A stretch of 64,000 nucleotides of DNA from Myxococcota bacterium (GTDB taxonomy: Bacteria > Myxococcota_A > UBA9160 > SZUA-336), in the NCBI GenBank assembly GCA_965247115.1, contig CBDFGR010000003.1:32001-96000 (forward strand), written 5' to 3'. How positions within the stretch are numbered: position 1 is the stretch's first letter; the number at the start of each line of letters is the position of its first letter. Positions 47,824 to 57,610 of the stretch are shown piece by piece. Made by a program: the position numbers and the translations under genes. The notes under the pieces are model-generated. The model made no database searches. It was not told the origin of the DNA and saw nothing but the letters and a program-made list of their open reading frames with translations.

Positions 47824-47903
47824 GCCCTCTCCCTCGTCTCGGTTCGCGACAACCCGGGAGTCTATAGGAATGGCATGCGGGGCAGGGGCCAGGACTCCGG
47901 CAC

Positions 47904-50495
47904 TCAGGGTATGGAGTGACCGCCCACCCAGATTGGGCTCGACCAGGCGATTCCCCCGTCGAGCTGCGTCACGCGGACGTAGTAGCTGTCGCCCTGCCCC
48001 ACCGGATCGGTATCGAGGAACTCGAACTCCCGGTCCAATGTTGCGTCCGGGTCGATGCGGCGCAGCGTCACGCGGTCCTGGAAGCGGTCGACCGGGGCAA
48101 GCGTGGTCGTCCTGCCCTCCACCAGGTCGGCGAGACGCAGCTCGAACTTCTGTGCCGGGATCCGCGCCGGCTGCCGGTAGAGCGACGGGCTCGAGGGCGT
48201 CTCCAGGCTCGGCTCGAGCTCGACCTCGATCGTGATGCCTGGGACGGCATCCAGCAGCTCGAGCACGATCGTGCTGGCCGAGCCTCTGGTGAAGGTGCGG
48301 AAGTTCACGCGATTCGGATGCGATGGATCGACGGAGACGAACTGCGCCCGCCGGTTTCGAAACGAGGGTGCGGAAGCCGCGACGAGCGGGGTTCCTCGCA
48401 CGTTCAGCGTGCCCTCCCAGATCCGCCAGCCTCGCGGGTTGTCGCGGATCCCGGGATCCGCCTGCGACCAGAAGCTCACCGCGACGAATCGCGTGTCGCC
48501 CAGAGCGAGCGTCAGGAGGTCCTCGCGAAAGACTTCCTGCTGGTTCTTGATCACCGAGACCGTATCGATCGGGGCGGTACCACTGACCCGCCCGCGGAGC
48601 ATGCGCTCCGCGGCGAACTGCGTACGGCTACCCATCTGCGCCTCGTTCAGCTCCACGTCGAGCAGGATGCGTTGCCCGGTCGTCGCGTACGTGTGCTTCT
48701 GCTTGAGCGCGTCGAAGATGGCATCCGAGGTTTTCTCGGTCGCGAGCACCGCGGCAAGGCCGCCAGGCTGGGCCAGACCCGAGGTCAGTGGTGTCGGGTA
48801 GCCCGGGTGACTCAGGTGATCATCGGAGGCCGCGATGAAGCCGACCTCGTGCCCGTGGGCCAGATACTCGCGTCCGAACCACTCGAAGCTGCCATGCATG
48901 GACATGATCTCGACCAGCGACACCAGCCCGGGGCTGGTCACACGCCAGTCCGCCGCCTGGTGTGCGTGAGGGATGACGAGCACGTCGTCGGGATCGTTCG
49001 CGATCTCCAGGCGCCTGTAGAGCTCCGAGGGCACCGAAGCCACCTGCACGGGAACCCTGGCTCGCCCCCGCGGCGTGCGGAACAACACGTTGTGGTGTCC
49101 ACCACTGCGAGCGTTGACGGTCCACTCGTAGCCGAGGAACGCGATGAACTCACCCTCCACCGTGTAGTGATCCACGTTCTCTCGCAGAGTCTCCCACTCG
49201 TGGTCGTCCAGCCACAGGTCGTGCTCGGAGTGCGCCAAAAAGTCGAGGCTGGCGTCGTCCCGTCCAAAACGGAAGTACGCGTCGGACGTGCCCTGCCCTT
49301 CGGCGAAGCCCGAGTGGCCGTGAGTGTCACCCCAGTAAACGCGCCGGGGCGGCTGCTCCTGCACCCAGACAGGGTTGCTGGTACCCACGATGTTGCCCGT
49401 GCGAGAGCGAAAGCCGAACCGGTACACACCCGGCTCGGTCAGTACCACGTCCGTCATCAACGAGATAGCGTCGTCGCCGGGCGGGAGCCCGACGAAAGGC
49501 TCGCCGTTCAGGCTCACCTGATAGGCGGGGAACCCGCTCGTGGCGCGGTTGTAGTGGATGTCCTCGCTTCGAACGGAGACGGTGAAGGGCTCACCGACCT
49601 GTACAACGGAAGGAGCGAAGCCGTGGACGCCGTACGTCTGGAGGCCCACGACGCGGTAGGGCTGGATGGGAAGCGTAAAGAAGTTGCCGTGTCCCTCGAG
49701 GTCGACGTAGAGCGGGAGTGGGAAACGCTCGTTGCTGTAGGTCTGTACGCGAAACCCGTTGGACCCACCGCTGGTATCGCCATAGGTCACGGTCACCGTG
49801 TCTCCGGTTTCCAGAGCGGTCTCCTCGAGCTGGAAGATCAGGGCGGGAGCAGCGCTCCGAAAGCCGCCGTGCATGCCACGAAGCGGCAGGGTGTCGGGAA
49901 CAAAGCGCGCGTCCGTGTTCGAGGAGCGGATCGAGACGTAGTTGTCTCCGGTCGGGTCAGTCGTCTGGAACGGGCCCGCGTTCGTCATGAAGTGGCGACC
50001 AACGAGCACGCCGCCGCCGGGGAGCATGGGCATCCCCCCCACCGTGTACGTCTGCTCGATTGTCTGGTGGCTTCCAGCGGGGAATGGCTCGGTCACGTTC
50101 GTCGATAGCGTGCCGATGGCGTCCGGCCGCTCTTCCCGGATCTGAAGCTCGTGCACGAACATGTCGAGCCGGCGAAGCAGGTCCGGGGTCCTGGCGTCGT
50201 CTCCCAGGATCCTCGCCACCACCAGAGGCACATCCACGTTCATCTCTCGCCCAGTGAGCGAATAGGCGTTCAGCCACTCCCAGACCACGCGGGCCCGCTG
50301 CTCCGCAGTATCCGAAGAGGTCGGATCGCGGGCGACATCGGCCTTGAGCCGCTCCACCCTGCCGCGCAGCTCGGGGCTGAGGTAGTCGCCGGGGCGCATC
50401 GACTCGCCACAGCTCGCGCTGATGGCGAGAACGAGCGCGAGCGCGCCCACTCGCGCGAACGCTCCGCACCCACGTGTCTCCGGTCTGCGGTCCAT
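47904..50495 (-). CDS. DUF3604 / PHP-like exported metallohydrolase
   Basis: Lipobox-like ISAS-C; YWGDTHGHS, SEHD, GYEW, PHAH, ASDDH, YATTG.RI, AWSSPIW. Confidence 0.85.
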   Translation of the reverse strand: MDRRPETRGCGAFARVGALALVLAISASCGESMRPGDYLSPELRGRVERLKADVARDPTSSDTAEQRARVVWEWLNAYSLTGREMNVDVPLVVARILGDDARTPDLLRRLDMFVHELQIREERPDAIGTLSTNVTEPFPAGSHQTIEQTYTVGGMPMLPGGGVLVGRHFMTNAGPFQTTDPTGDNYVSIRSSNTDARFVPDTLPLRGMHGGFRSAAPALIFQLEETALETGDTVTVTYGDTSGGSNGFRVQTYSNERFPLPLYVDLEGHGNFFTLPIQPYRVVGLQTYGVHGFAPSVVQVGEPFTVSVRSEDIHYNRATSGFPAYQVSLNGEPFVGLPPGDDAISLMTDVVLTEPGVYRFGFRSRTGNIVGTSNPVWVQEQPPRRVYWGDTHGHSGFAEGQGTSDAYFRFGRDDASLDFLAHSEHDLWLDDHEWETLRENVDHYTVEGEFIAFLGYEWTVNARSGGHHNVLFRTPRGRARVPVQVASVPSELYRRLEIANDPDDVLVIPHAHQAADWRVTSPGLVSLVEIMSMHGSFEWFGREYLAHGHEVGFIAASDDHLSHPGYPTPLTSGLAQPGGLAAVLATEKTSDAIFDALKQKHTYATTGQRILLDVELNEAQMGSRTQFAAERMLRGRVSGTAPIDTVSVIKNQQEVFREDLLTLALGDTRFVAVSFWSQADPGIRDNPRGWRIWEGTLNVRGTPLVAASAPSFRNRRAQFVSVDPSHPNRVNFRTFTRGSASTIVLELLDAVPGITIEVELEPSLETPSSPSLYRQPARIPAQKFELRLADLVEGRTTTLAPVDRFQDRVTLRRIDPDATLDREFEFLDTDPVGQGDSYYVRVTQLDGGIAWSSPIWVGGHSIP

Positions 50496-50648
50496 GCTCC
50501 TCTCCCCCCAGAATGCCGCGATAGTGTGACACCGCTCTGCCCTTCTACAAGGTGGACCATCGCTGCAAAGTGCTTTTCTGCGCGCGCCGGCTCCTGTATG
50601 GTGCGTCGCAAGGCCACACAAGTGCCCAGGCTTCGACAGGAGACACGC

Positions 50649-51152
50649 ATGGACCCAAACGCGAAGAAGACCGCGCTGCGAATGATTCCCTACGGACTGT
50701 ACGTCCTCACGGCAGAGGCACCGGATGGCCGCGTCTGCGCATCGACCGTCAACTGGGTAACCCAGACCGCCTTCGAGCCCCCCCTCCTTGTCGTGGGCGT
50801 GAAGGCGGACTCCGCGGCGCACGAGATCATCAAGCAGTCGAACACGTTTGCGCTGAACGTGCTCGGCAAGGGACAGCAGGCCCTCGCCTTCGCGTTCTTC
50901 AAGAGCGTGGAGCGCGAGGGGAACACGATCGGCGGAGAGAGCTTCCGTGCCGGCACGACGGGTGCTCCCGTACTGGAGAACGCGGCCGCAAGCCTCGAGT
51001 GCTCACTCGTCGACACGCTGGAGAAGGGCGACCATTCGGTCTTTATCGGCGAGGTGCGGGACGCGAGCGTTCGCGAGGAGCCGGCGGGCCGGGCCGATGA
51101 TGTGACCCTCACGCTCAAGGACCTGGGCGAGAAGACCTTCTACGGCGGCTAG
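50649..51152 (+). CDS. Flavin reductase-like protein
   Basis: IPYGLYVLT, WVTQ..FEPP, GDH..FIGEV. Confidence 0.92.
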   Translation: MDPNAKKTALRMIPYGLYVLTAEAPDGRVCASTVNWVTQTAFEPPLLVVGVKADSAAHEIIKQSNTFALNVLGKGQQALAFAFFKSVEREGNTIGGESFRAGTTGAPVLENAAASLECSLVDTLEKGDHSVFIGEVRDASVREEPAGRADDVTLTLKDLGEKTFYGG

Positions 51153-52081
51153 GGAATTCGCGCGCCGGAGCGCGGCTCGGCCGGCTGCGGCGTGGTCGGG
51201 TCGGACAGGTCCACGCCACCCAGGGTGGCGTCGCCTGTCTGGCGGACGCTGGCCTCGAGTCGCGAGACCAGGCACTCGCTGATCGCGCCCGTGACAGCCT
51301 GTCCGATCTCCGCCTGGAATACGCGGATGGACTCGACAGTCCGTGCGCCAAGCGACCCATCGATCTCGCCCGGGCTGTAGTCGAGCTCGCTGAGTAGCTC
51401 CTGAACGTGCTCCACGCTTCCGCGGCGAGCAGCACTGGGGTCGGGGGCGGGCTCGACGCTCGGTGGTGGAACCGCACCGACCGCAGGCAGCCTGCCCTCC
51501 AGCGCGCCCACCCTCGCGGCATCGACCAGGCCCGCACTGCTGCGCAGCATATCGGCGAGCTCCCTGTGCCGGTAGTTCAGCGCGACGCGTAGCGGTGTTA
51601 CCCTCCCCCTGCGCTCGGCATTCACCAAAGCTCCGTTCGCGAGCAGCAGCGCAGCGAGGTCCTGGTGGCCCGCCGCGACTGCCAGGTGCAGCGGCGTGCT
51701 CCGATCCACGTTCCTGGCCTCCACATCCGCGCAGTTCGCGAGCAGCAGCTCGCCGACCTCGCGGTGTCCCCAGATGGCGGCAAGGTGCAGAGACGTCAGA
51801 CCGGAGAGGTTCTTCGCGTCGACGTCCGCGCCACTGCCAAGGAGCAGACGCACGACCTGGGAATGGCCTGAGCGCGCGGCCTCGTGCAGCGCGGTTCTGC
51901 CGAACTCTTGCGGGGCGTTGACTGCCTCTCCCATCAGGATCGCGGTATGCACCGATCTGACATCGTTGCGTGTCACCGCGTCGTACAACGGCGACGCGGC
52001 TTCCGCAGACCGGCAGACCAGCAGCAAGAGGCCCGCTAACAGCAGACAGAACGAGCGCGGGCGCGCGAGAGAGCTCACCAC
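51149..52081 (-). CDS. Secreted ankyrin-repeat protein with C-terminal peptidoglycan-binding domain
   Basis: Signal peptide; about 5 ANK repeats (G.TALH.AA..GH..VV.LLL..GADV); PG_binding_1 VQELL..L.Y.PG.IDG..G.RT...IR.FQ...G..VTG. Confidence 0.88.
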   Translation of the reverse strand: MVSSLARPRSFCLLLAGLLLLVCRSAEAASPLYDAVTRNDVRSVHTAILMGEAVNAPQEFGRTALHEAARSGHSQVVRLLLGSGADVDAKNLSGLTSLHLAAIWGHREVGELLLANCADVEARNVDRSTPLHLAVAAGHQDLAALLLANGALVNAERRGRVTPLRVALNYRHRELADMLRSSAGLVDAARVGALEGRLPAVGAVPPPSVEPAPDPSAARRGSVEHVQELLSELDYSPGEIDGSLGARTVESIRVFQAEIGQAVTGAISECLVSRLEASVRQTGDATLGGVDLSDPTTPQPAEPRSGARIP

Positions 52082-52236
52082 TCCAGAACTCCTCAGACAC
52101 GAATCGGGGTACGCGCCATCCTAACACGCCTTGGCGTAGACCGCCCTCGTGTTGGCAAGCGCCTGTAGGACCGGTCCCGAGTTCTAACTCCGTGGAGAAC
52201 CGGCAACCTCCGACGGGGGCTTGGCAACCTGCAAGC

Positions 52237-52320
52237 GCCGCGGAAAGCGGCACGCGCAGCGAAGGGCGAAGCCCTGAGCGGAGGTAGGTGGCCGCGGACG
52301 CCCGCGGCCGGGTCCCACCT
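52237..52320. repeat. Cluster of GC-rich hairpins (REP-like / possible terminator)
   Basis: GCCGC-GGAAA-GCGGC (52237-52251), AGGGC-GAA-GCCCT (52263-52275), and GGCCGCGG-ACGC-CCGCGGCC (52290-52309) nested within AGGTGG...CCACCT, directly after the TM2 stop codon. Confidence 0.55.
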
Positions 52321-52577
52321 TACGAGGACTTGATGGGCAGACCCGCCTTGTCCTTGAAGTTCCCGCTCACGATCATGATGAAGTCGATGAGCGTCCAGAG
52401 CCCGAGGCCGCCGACCGTGAAGAGCTGAAGCAGGCCGGTTCCGACCTTGCCCACGTAAAAGCGGTGAACGCCCAGGGTCCCCAGGAAGAAGCAGAGCAGG
52501 ATCGCGGGCACGAAGCCCTTGTCACTCAGGCTACTCGTGGTCGTCGGGGGTCCCCCCATCGTGTCAACTGCGTCCAT
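52320..52577 (-). CDS. TM2-domain membrane protein
   Basis: LLCFFLG.LGVHRFYVGKVGTG.L.LFT.GG.G.W.LID. Confidence 0.92.
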   Translation of the reverse strand: MDAVDTMGGPPTTTSSLSDKGFVPAILLCFFLGTLGVHRFYVGKVGTGLLQLFTVGGLGLWTLIDFIMIVSGNFKDKAGLPIKSS

Positions 52578-52592
52578 GCCAAACCACCTTTC

Positions 52593-52973
52593 TCACCCGA
52601 TCCGTTTCGGGCGCAGCTTCTGGCCGGGGTAGCAGACACGGAGACCGTCTCCGTCCCGATAGCTCCCGACCAGGAGCATGATCGTTGCCAGAAAAGCGTG
52701 TCCGAAGTCCGCCACCACGAAGAGGGCTCCCCATAGAGGCTCGCCGAGCAGGAACGAGAAGATCCACCCGAGTGACAAGGCGATGTCCAGCAATCCCTCG
52801 GCCCAGCGGCCCAGGTAGAAGTGCTGCGCGCCGAGCCAGCCCAACAGGCTCGAGAGAATCACGGCACGCGCGTAGCTCTTGGTCGAGGGCACCTCGAGCG
52901 CCGCTCCGGCCGACTGCTCCACTGCGAACACGCCTCCCGTATCGGGAGTCCACTTCCGGATCTTGGGTCCCAT
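52593..52973 (-). CDS. TM2-domain membrane protein
   Basis: KSY..AVILS.LLG.LGAQHFYLGRW.EG. Start uncertain. Confidence 0.82.
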   Translation of the reverse strand: MGPKIRKWTPDTGGVFAVEQSAGAALEVPSTKSYARAVILSSLLGWLGAQHFYLGRWAEGLLDIALSLGWIFSFLLGEPLWGALFVVADFGHAFLATIMLLVGSYRDGDGLRVCYPGQKLRPKRIG

Positions 52974-53032
52974 GCCACGCGGGCGACGGTGCACGTCTAT
53001 GGGCACGGGCATACACTGGAGCGCCCACACCC

Positions 53033-53897
53033 ATGACGCTCTCCGACCTCACGATCGAGCGCCCCATTCTCACCTGGATGATGATCCTGGCGCTGCTCGT
53101 CTTCGGCACGATCGGCTACTCCCGCCTGGGGGTCGACCAGATGCCCAAGATGGAGTTCCCAGTCGTGATGGTCTCCGCCACGCTGGAGGGCGCGACTCCC
53201 GAGGCGATGGAGGAGGATGTCACCGAGATCCTCGAGGAACACCTGAACTCGATCGCGGGGATTCGCTCGATCCGTTCGACCACTGTTCCCGACGTCTCGA
53301 ACGTGGTGGTCGAGTTCGAGCTCGGGCGCAACCTCGACGTGGCGATTCAGGAAGTTCGGGACAAGATCGCGCTGGCCCGTCGGGACCTGCCGCGCGAGAT
53401 CGAGCCTCCGGTGGTCTCGCGCGTGGACATGGACCGGGCCCCCATCATCTTCATCCCATTCAGCACCACGCGGCCACTGACGGAAGCCAGCGAGTACATC
53501 CGGCACCACGTGGCCCCGTACCTGGAGACCATCCCCGGGGTTGGCGGGTCAGCATCTTCGGGCGCAGCGACCGGACCATCCGGATCTGGCTCGACGGGGA
53601 CAGCATGCGCTCGCGCGGCCTCTCCGCCAGCGACGTGCTCACGGCGCTGCGGCGCGAGTACGTCGAAGTCCCCGGTGGGCTCGTGGAGGGCGCGAAGATC
53701 GAGTGGTCGGTCAAGACGAACGCCGAGTTCCGCTCCATCGAGGCGCTCGAGCGCATGGTCGTCTCCCGGGCTGAGGGAGCGCTGATCTACCTGGAGGACG
53801 TGTGGTCCTGGACGACTTCAGCGAAGTCCTCCGCCACCTGCCTCGCCGACTACTGACTCGCGTCTCGCCGGAGCCATCGGCCGGCGGATCGTCCTAG
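53033..53897 (+). pseudogene. AcrB/RND permease pseudogene (frameshift plus large internal deletion)
   Basis: MTLSDLTIERP...L.VDQMP..EFP.V.V...GA.PE..E..VT..LE N-terminus; 1-nt deletion near 53548 (IPGVGG/VSIFG); ends at LIYLEDV (~53802), where a C-terminal-tail-like VVLDDFSEVLR...* runs to 53897. Confidence 0.85.
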
Positions 53898-53908
53898 CAC
53901 CCACTGGA

Positions 53909-55090
53909 CTAGTCCTCGTCCGGGGTGATCTCCACATCGCCCACTCGGCGCGATCTCACGTTGTCGCGGCGCCGGAGCTCGCGCAGACGGGCGAGATCCG
54001 CGTTCTGACGCTCGCTCATCGACATCGACACAGACCTTCCGGCGAGCTCGACTTCCACCTGGCGAGTCGCCTCCAACCCGTCGGTCGAGCGGGCGAAGAC
54101 TTCGATCACGTTGCGCCCCGTCTGCATGGGGACGAGCGCGGAGTAGGTCCCGTCGGGATTGCGAAGCTGGTAGGAGGCAGCGGCGGACGTTGTCGCGTTC
54201 CGGATGCGCAGCTCGGCAATCTCCGAGAAACTCGCCCCCTCGATCGCGGCCTGCAGGTCGCGGGGATCCGCGACGGGGGCAAAGACGCCGTCCGTCACCC
54301 TCGCGATCTCCAGTGGCGCCCGTGGCTCACGCGTGGCCTCCCTGCCGATCGCGAAGGTGTGGATGTGCACGCCGCGTCTGGCGGCCTTAGAGGCCACGTC
54401 GATCGCCCGGTCCGTGTTCGCCCGGGTCGAGAAGCGATCGGGAAGTGTGGGAATCCCATCGGTCAAGAACATCATGATCCGCTGCGCCCCGTCGCGCCGA
54501 CGGCTCACCGCGCTCTACGATCCGAGCAGCTCCACGGTTGCCCGCAGAATCCCGGCGTGCATGTTCGTCCCGCCGTTCGGCCCATCCAGGAGGATGCCGT
54601 CCAGCCCGCGCTCGACCTCGCGATAGTCCCGGGTGAGCTCGACCTCGACAAAGGCATCGGGCGTCCGGTAGTCGTCGTCCCCGCTGAAGATCACGACACC
54701 CACCCGTGTCGTCCGGGAATCGAGCTGGGAGAGCAGCGTCCGCACGGCCGCCACCTCGGCTGCCAGGATACTGTCCGGGTTCTCTTCTCCGCCCAGCCCC
54801 AGCAGACCACCGGCGCGCCTCGTGACCTTTCCGTCGCCGTCGACGTCGGCGCCGGAGGGCGCTGCGGTGCTCCCAGAGACGTCCAGCACGAACACGATGT
54901 CGAACTTCGGCAGGTCCCCTGCGTGGGCATAGGCCAGGCCGGACACGAAGGCCATCCCGGACGAGTCCACAGCCACCATTCCCGGGGCTGGGCTGTCGAT
55001 CTGCAGCGTCAGCTTCTGGGCCGCACCTCGTGCTGGGCCCGCGCCGAGCAAGCCAACAACCAGCGCGAGCGTGCTCGTCAATCGTAGCAT
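53909..55090 (-). pseudogene. Secreted VWA-domain protein interrupted by one in-frame TAG (54515-54517)
   Basis: ORFs 54515-55132 and 53909-54508 are in frame. MIDAS DVSGS...GGT.M lies before the stop and FLTDG after it; the junction reads ELLGS*SAVSRRRDGAQRIMMFLTDG. Confidence 0.8.
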
Positions 55091-55229
55091 CGAGCGCCTT
55101 TCTCCTGCGGTCCCCCCGCCGCTGCCCGGCATGACGAGAGACCCCGCAAGGCTACCGGAATCGGCTGCAGAGCGGGCGAGCGCGGAATCCGATGTATGCT
55201 TAACCGCTTACCCGAGAAGGAGTTCTGGC

Positions 55230-56324
55230 ATGCCCACGCCCGCCCGCGTCGTCGTAATGCCGGGGGAGCCCGGCCCACTGAGAGTCCAGGAGGTCGATCT
55301 CCCCGACCCCGGACCGCACCATGTCGTCGTGAAGCAGTTTGCGAGCGGCATCTGCCACAGCCAGCTCCACCAGATGCACGCTCCGCGCACAGCTCCCGGT
55401 CTGCTGGGACACGAGTCTACCGCCGTCGTCCTGGCGGCAGGAAGCGAGGTCCGCCACGTGCGAGAGGGCGACAAGGTCATGCTGACCTGGGTCCCCCGCG
55501 ATGCGGAGAACGCGGGTCGCCCGGCGGAGCCCGCCAGTCTCGACGTTGGCGGTGGAGCCAAAATTCAAGCCCAGAACGTGTTCACCTGGGCGGACCACAG
55601 CATCGCCGACGAGCAGTACGTGGTGAAGGTACCGAGCTCCACAGAAAACGACGTGACCGCGATCATCGGCTGCGCCGTCATGACGGGGGCCGGGGCGGTC
55701 TACCACACTGCCGGAGTCCAGCGGGGCGAGAGCGTCGCCATCTTCGGCGCGGGCGGCGTGGGGCTGTGCGCGGTGGTCGGGGCCAGAGTGGTCGGGGCCA
55801 ACCCGATCATCGCGGTGGATCTCGACGAGAGCAAGCTGGAGTTCGCGCGGCGCTTCGGCGCAACCCACGGGATCAACGCCTCCAAGGTCGATCCCGTCGA
55901 GGCCATCCGGAAGCTGACCGTCCGGAAAGGCGCCTACAACATCGCTCGCGAGCCCGTGAGCGGTGTGGACTACGCCTTCGACTGTATCGGCGTGCGCCAA
56001 ACCATGGAGCAGATCCTGCCCGCCGCGCGCGGCGGCAGCTTCGGCGTGGGACCTGGCGGCACGGCCGTCCTGGTGGGCGTGCCCACGTCGGGTCTGGAGC
56101 TCGATCCGCGCGACCTGCTCATGCACGAGAAGAAGTACATCGGCAGCATCGGCGGCTCCTGCCATCCCGACCGGGACTTCCCGATGTTCCTGCGTTGGCA
56201 GCAGGAGGGACTGCTGGACCTCGCGTCGCTGGTCACCGAGCGCTACCCGATCGAGCAGATCAACGAGGCAACCGCGGCACTGGAGGCCGGACAGATCCGG
56301 GGTCGAGCCATCCTCGAGTTCTGA
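55230..56324 (+). CDS. Zn-dependent alcohol dehydrogenase (MDR family)
   Basis: GICHS, GHE, IGCAVMTGAGA, FGAGGVG; lacks the four structural-Zn Cys. Confidence 0.92.
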   Translation: MPTPARVVVMPGEPGPLRVQEVDLPDPGPHHVVVKQFASGICHSQLHQMHAPRTAPGLLGHESTAVVLAAGSEVRHVREGDKVMLTWVPRDAENAGRPAEPASLDVGGGAKIQAQNVFTWADHSIADEQYVVKVPSSTENDVTAIIGCAVMTGAGAVYHTAGVQRGESVAIFGAGGVGLCAVVGARVVGANPIIAVDLDESKLEFARRFGATHGINASKVDPVEAIRKLTVRKGAYNIAREPVSGVDYAFDCIGVRQTMEQILPAARGGSFGVGPGGTAVLVGVPTSGLELDPRDLLMHEKKYIGSIGGSCHPDRDFPMFLRWQQEGLLDLASLVTERYPIEQINEATAALEAGQIRGRAILEF

Positions 56325-56477
56325 GCCTGCGGTCCGGTGCCCGCAACGGCAGAGCCACCTGGTATACTCGAGCGCGAGCCCGGATCACGGCACCTGCGCC
56401 CGGCATTCAGCGAATGGACGGACCCGGCAACGCCGTGGCAGACTGCGGGCCGGGTCGATCGGATTCCAGAGGACGCA

Positions 56478-56891
56478 ATGAGCAGACGACACCAGTTCAA
56501 ACCAAACGAGGAAGAGAACGAGGTGAACCTGACGCCCATGCTGGACGTCGTCTTCATCATGCTCATCTTCTTCATCGTGACGGCGTCCTTCGTCAAGGAG
56601 TCCGGGATCGACGTCTCCCGCCCCGATTCGCAGCAGCAGCAGCAGGATACGAACAAGCGCAGCATCCTCATCTCGATCACGTCGAGCAACGAGGTCTGGA
56701 TCCAGAAGCGCCGCGTGGACGTGCGAGCGGTGCGCGCGAACATCGAGCGACTGCTCGCTGAGAGACCGGAGAGCGGCGTCGTGATCCAGGCGGCCGAGAG
56801 CGCCGAGAACGGCACCTTCGTGCGGGTGCTGGACCAAGCGCGCATGGCGGGCGCGGCAAACGTCTCGATCGCCGCCCCGATCTCGAACTGA
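56478..56891 (+). CDS. exbD: ExbD/TolR biopolymer transport protein
   Basis: VNLTPMLDVVFIMLIFFIVTASF; VVIQA...G..V.V.D.A..AG. Confidence 0.92.
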   Translation: MSRRHQFKPNEEENEVNLTPMLDVVFIMLIFFIVTASFVKESGIDVSRPDSQQQQQDTNKRSILISITSSNEVWIQKRRVDVRAVRANIERLLAERPESGVVIQAAESAENGTFVRVLDQARMAGAANVSIAAPISN

Positions 56892-56985
56892 GCGCCGGAC
56901 CGAGCTGCCGCGCGCGAGCTGATCCTGGCGATGCGCGCCACCTGGGGGAGACAGCTTCGCTACACTTGGTGCCGACCGGCCCCAC

Positions 56986-57062
56986 GGACGATTAGCTCAG
57001 CTGGCTAGAGCGCTGCGTTGACATCGCAGAGGTCGCTGGTTCAAGTCCAGTATCGTCCACCA
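56986..57062 (+). tRNA. tRNA-Val(GAC)
   Basis: Acceptor GGACGAT/ATCGTCC, D-arm GCTC...GAGC, anticodon stem CTGCG/CGCAG with loop TT-GAC-AT, T-loop TTCAAGT, encoded CCA. Confidence 0.97.
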
Positions 57063-57105
57063 GAAGGTGCAGCGAAAACCAACAGTTACGCACGGGGGCC
57101 CCCGG

Positions 57106-57555
57106 ATGCTTGACCAGGCCATCGATTGTCGTGACGAGAGCGACGCGCCGGCGTTCCCGAAGCTCATGGAGAGGCTTGGCGACCCGAAGAAGCGGCTCCT
57201 CTGCGCGGGCCCCAGCCTCGCGTCGCTCGTGCTGGGACTGACGCTGCTGGGAGCGGGGGGCGTCGGCGTGCCGGAGCCCGGAGCGTTCGTGCAGAAGCAT
57301 CTTCAGGACTCCGTCTCCGACGTCAGCATCCTGGAGGTCGGGGGGCGGGGCATCTTCGTGTACGGCCGGACCACAACGAACGACCCCGCTCTGCTCGCGA
57401 GCTTCTGCAGCGGCGCCATCGAGGCCCTGGAGATGATCCTTCCGGGGCGCTCGGCGCACGTGCTCTGGCACACGCCGAGCAGCATCGACTACAAGTGTCC
57501 GATCCCGACGACGCGACGGAAGTTGCCACCGCGGGAGCCGGAGCCCTCCGAGTAG
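57106..57555 (+). CDS. Hypothetical protein with one hydrophobic segment
   Basis: Fills the gap between the tRNA and the cyclophilin; no recognisable motif; start uncertain. Confidence 0.4.
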   Translation: MLDQAIDCRDESDAPAFPKLMERLGDPKKRLLCAGPSLASLVLGLTLLGAGGVGVPEPGAFVQKHLQDSVSDVSILEVGGRGIFVYGRTTTNDPALLASFCSGAIEALEMILPGRSAHVLWHTPSSIDYKCPIPTTRRKLPPREPEPSE

Positions 57556-57610
57556 GTGGGACTCGGTCCGGGGTCCGCGGCCATCCGCCGCTGCCGCGGC
57601 TCGGGACCGC

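Noticed and set aside
56986..57555. Genomic island integrated at tRNA-Val
   Set aside because: No integrase and no duplicated tRNA 3' end were seen in the window; the downstream genes are housekeeping-like.
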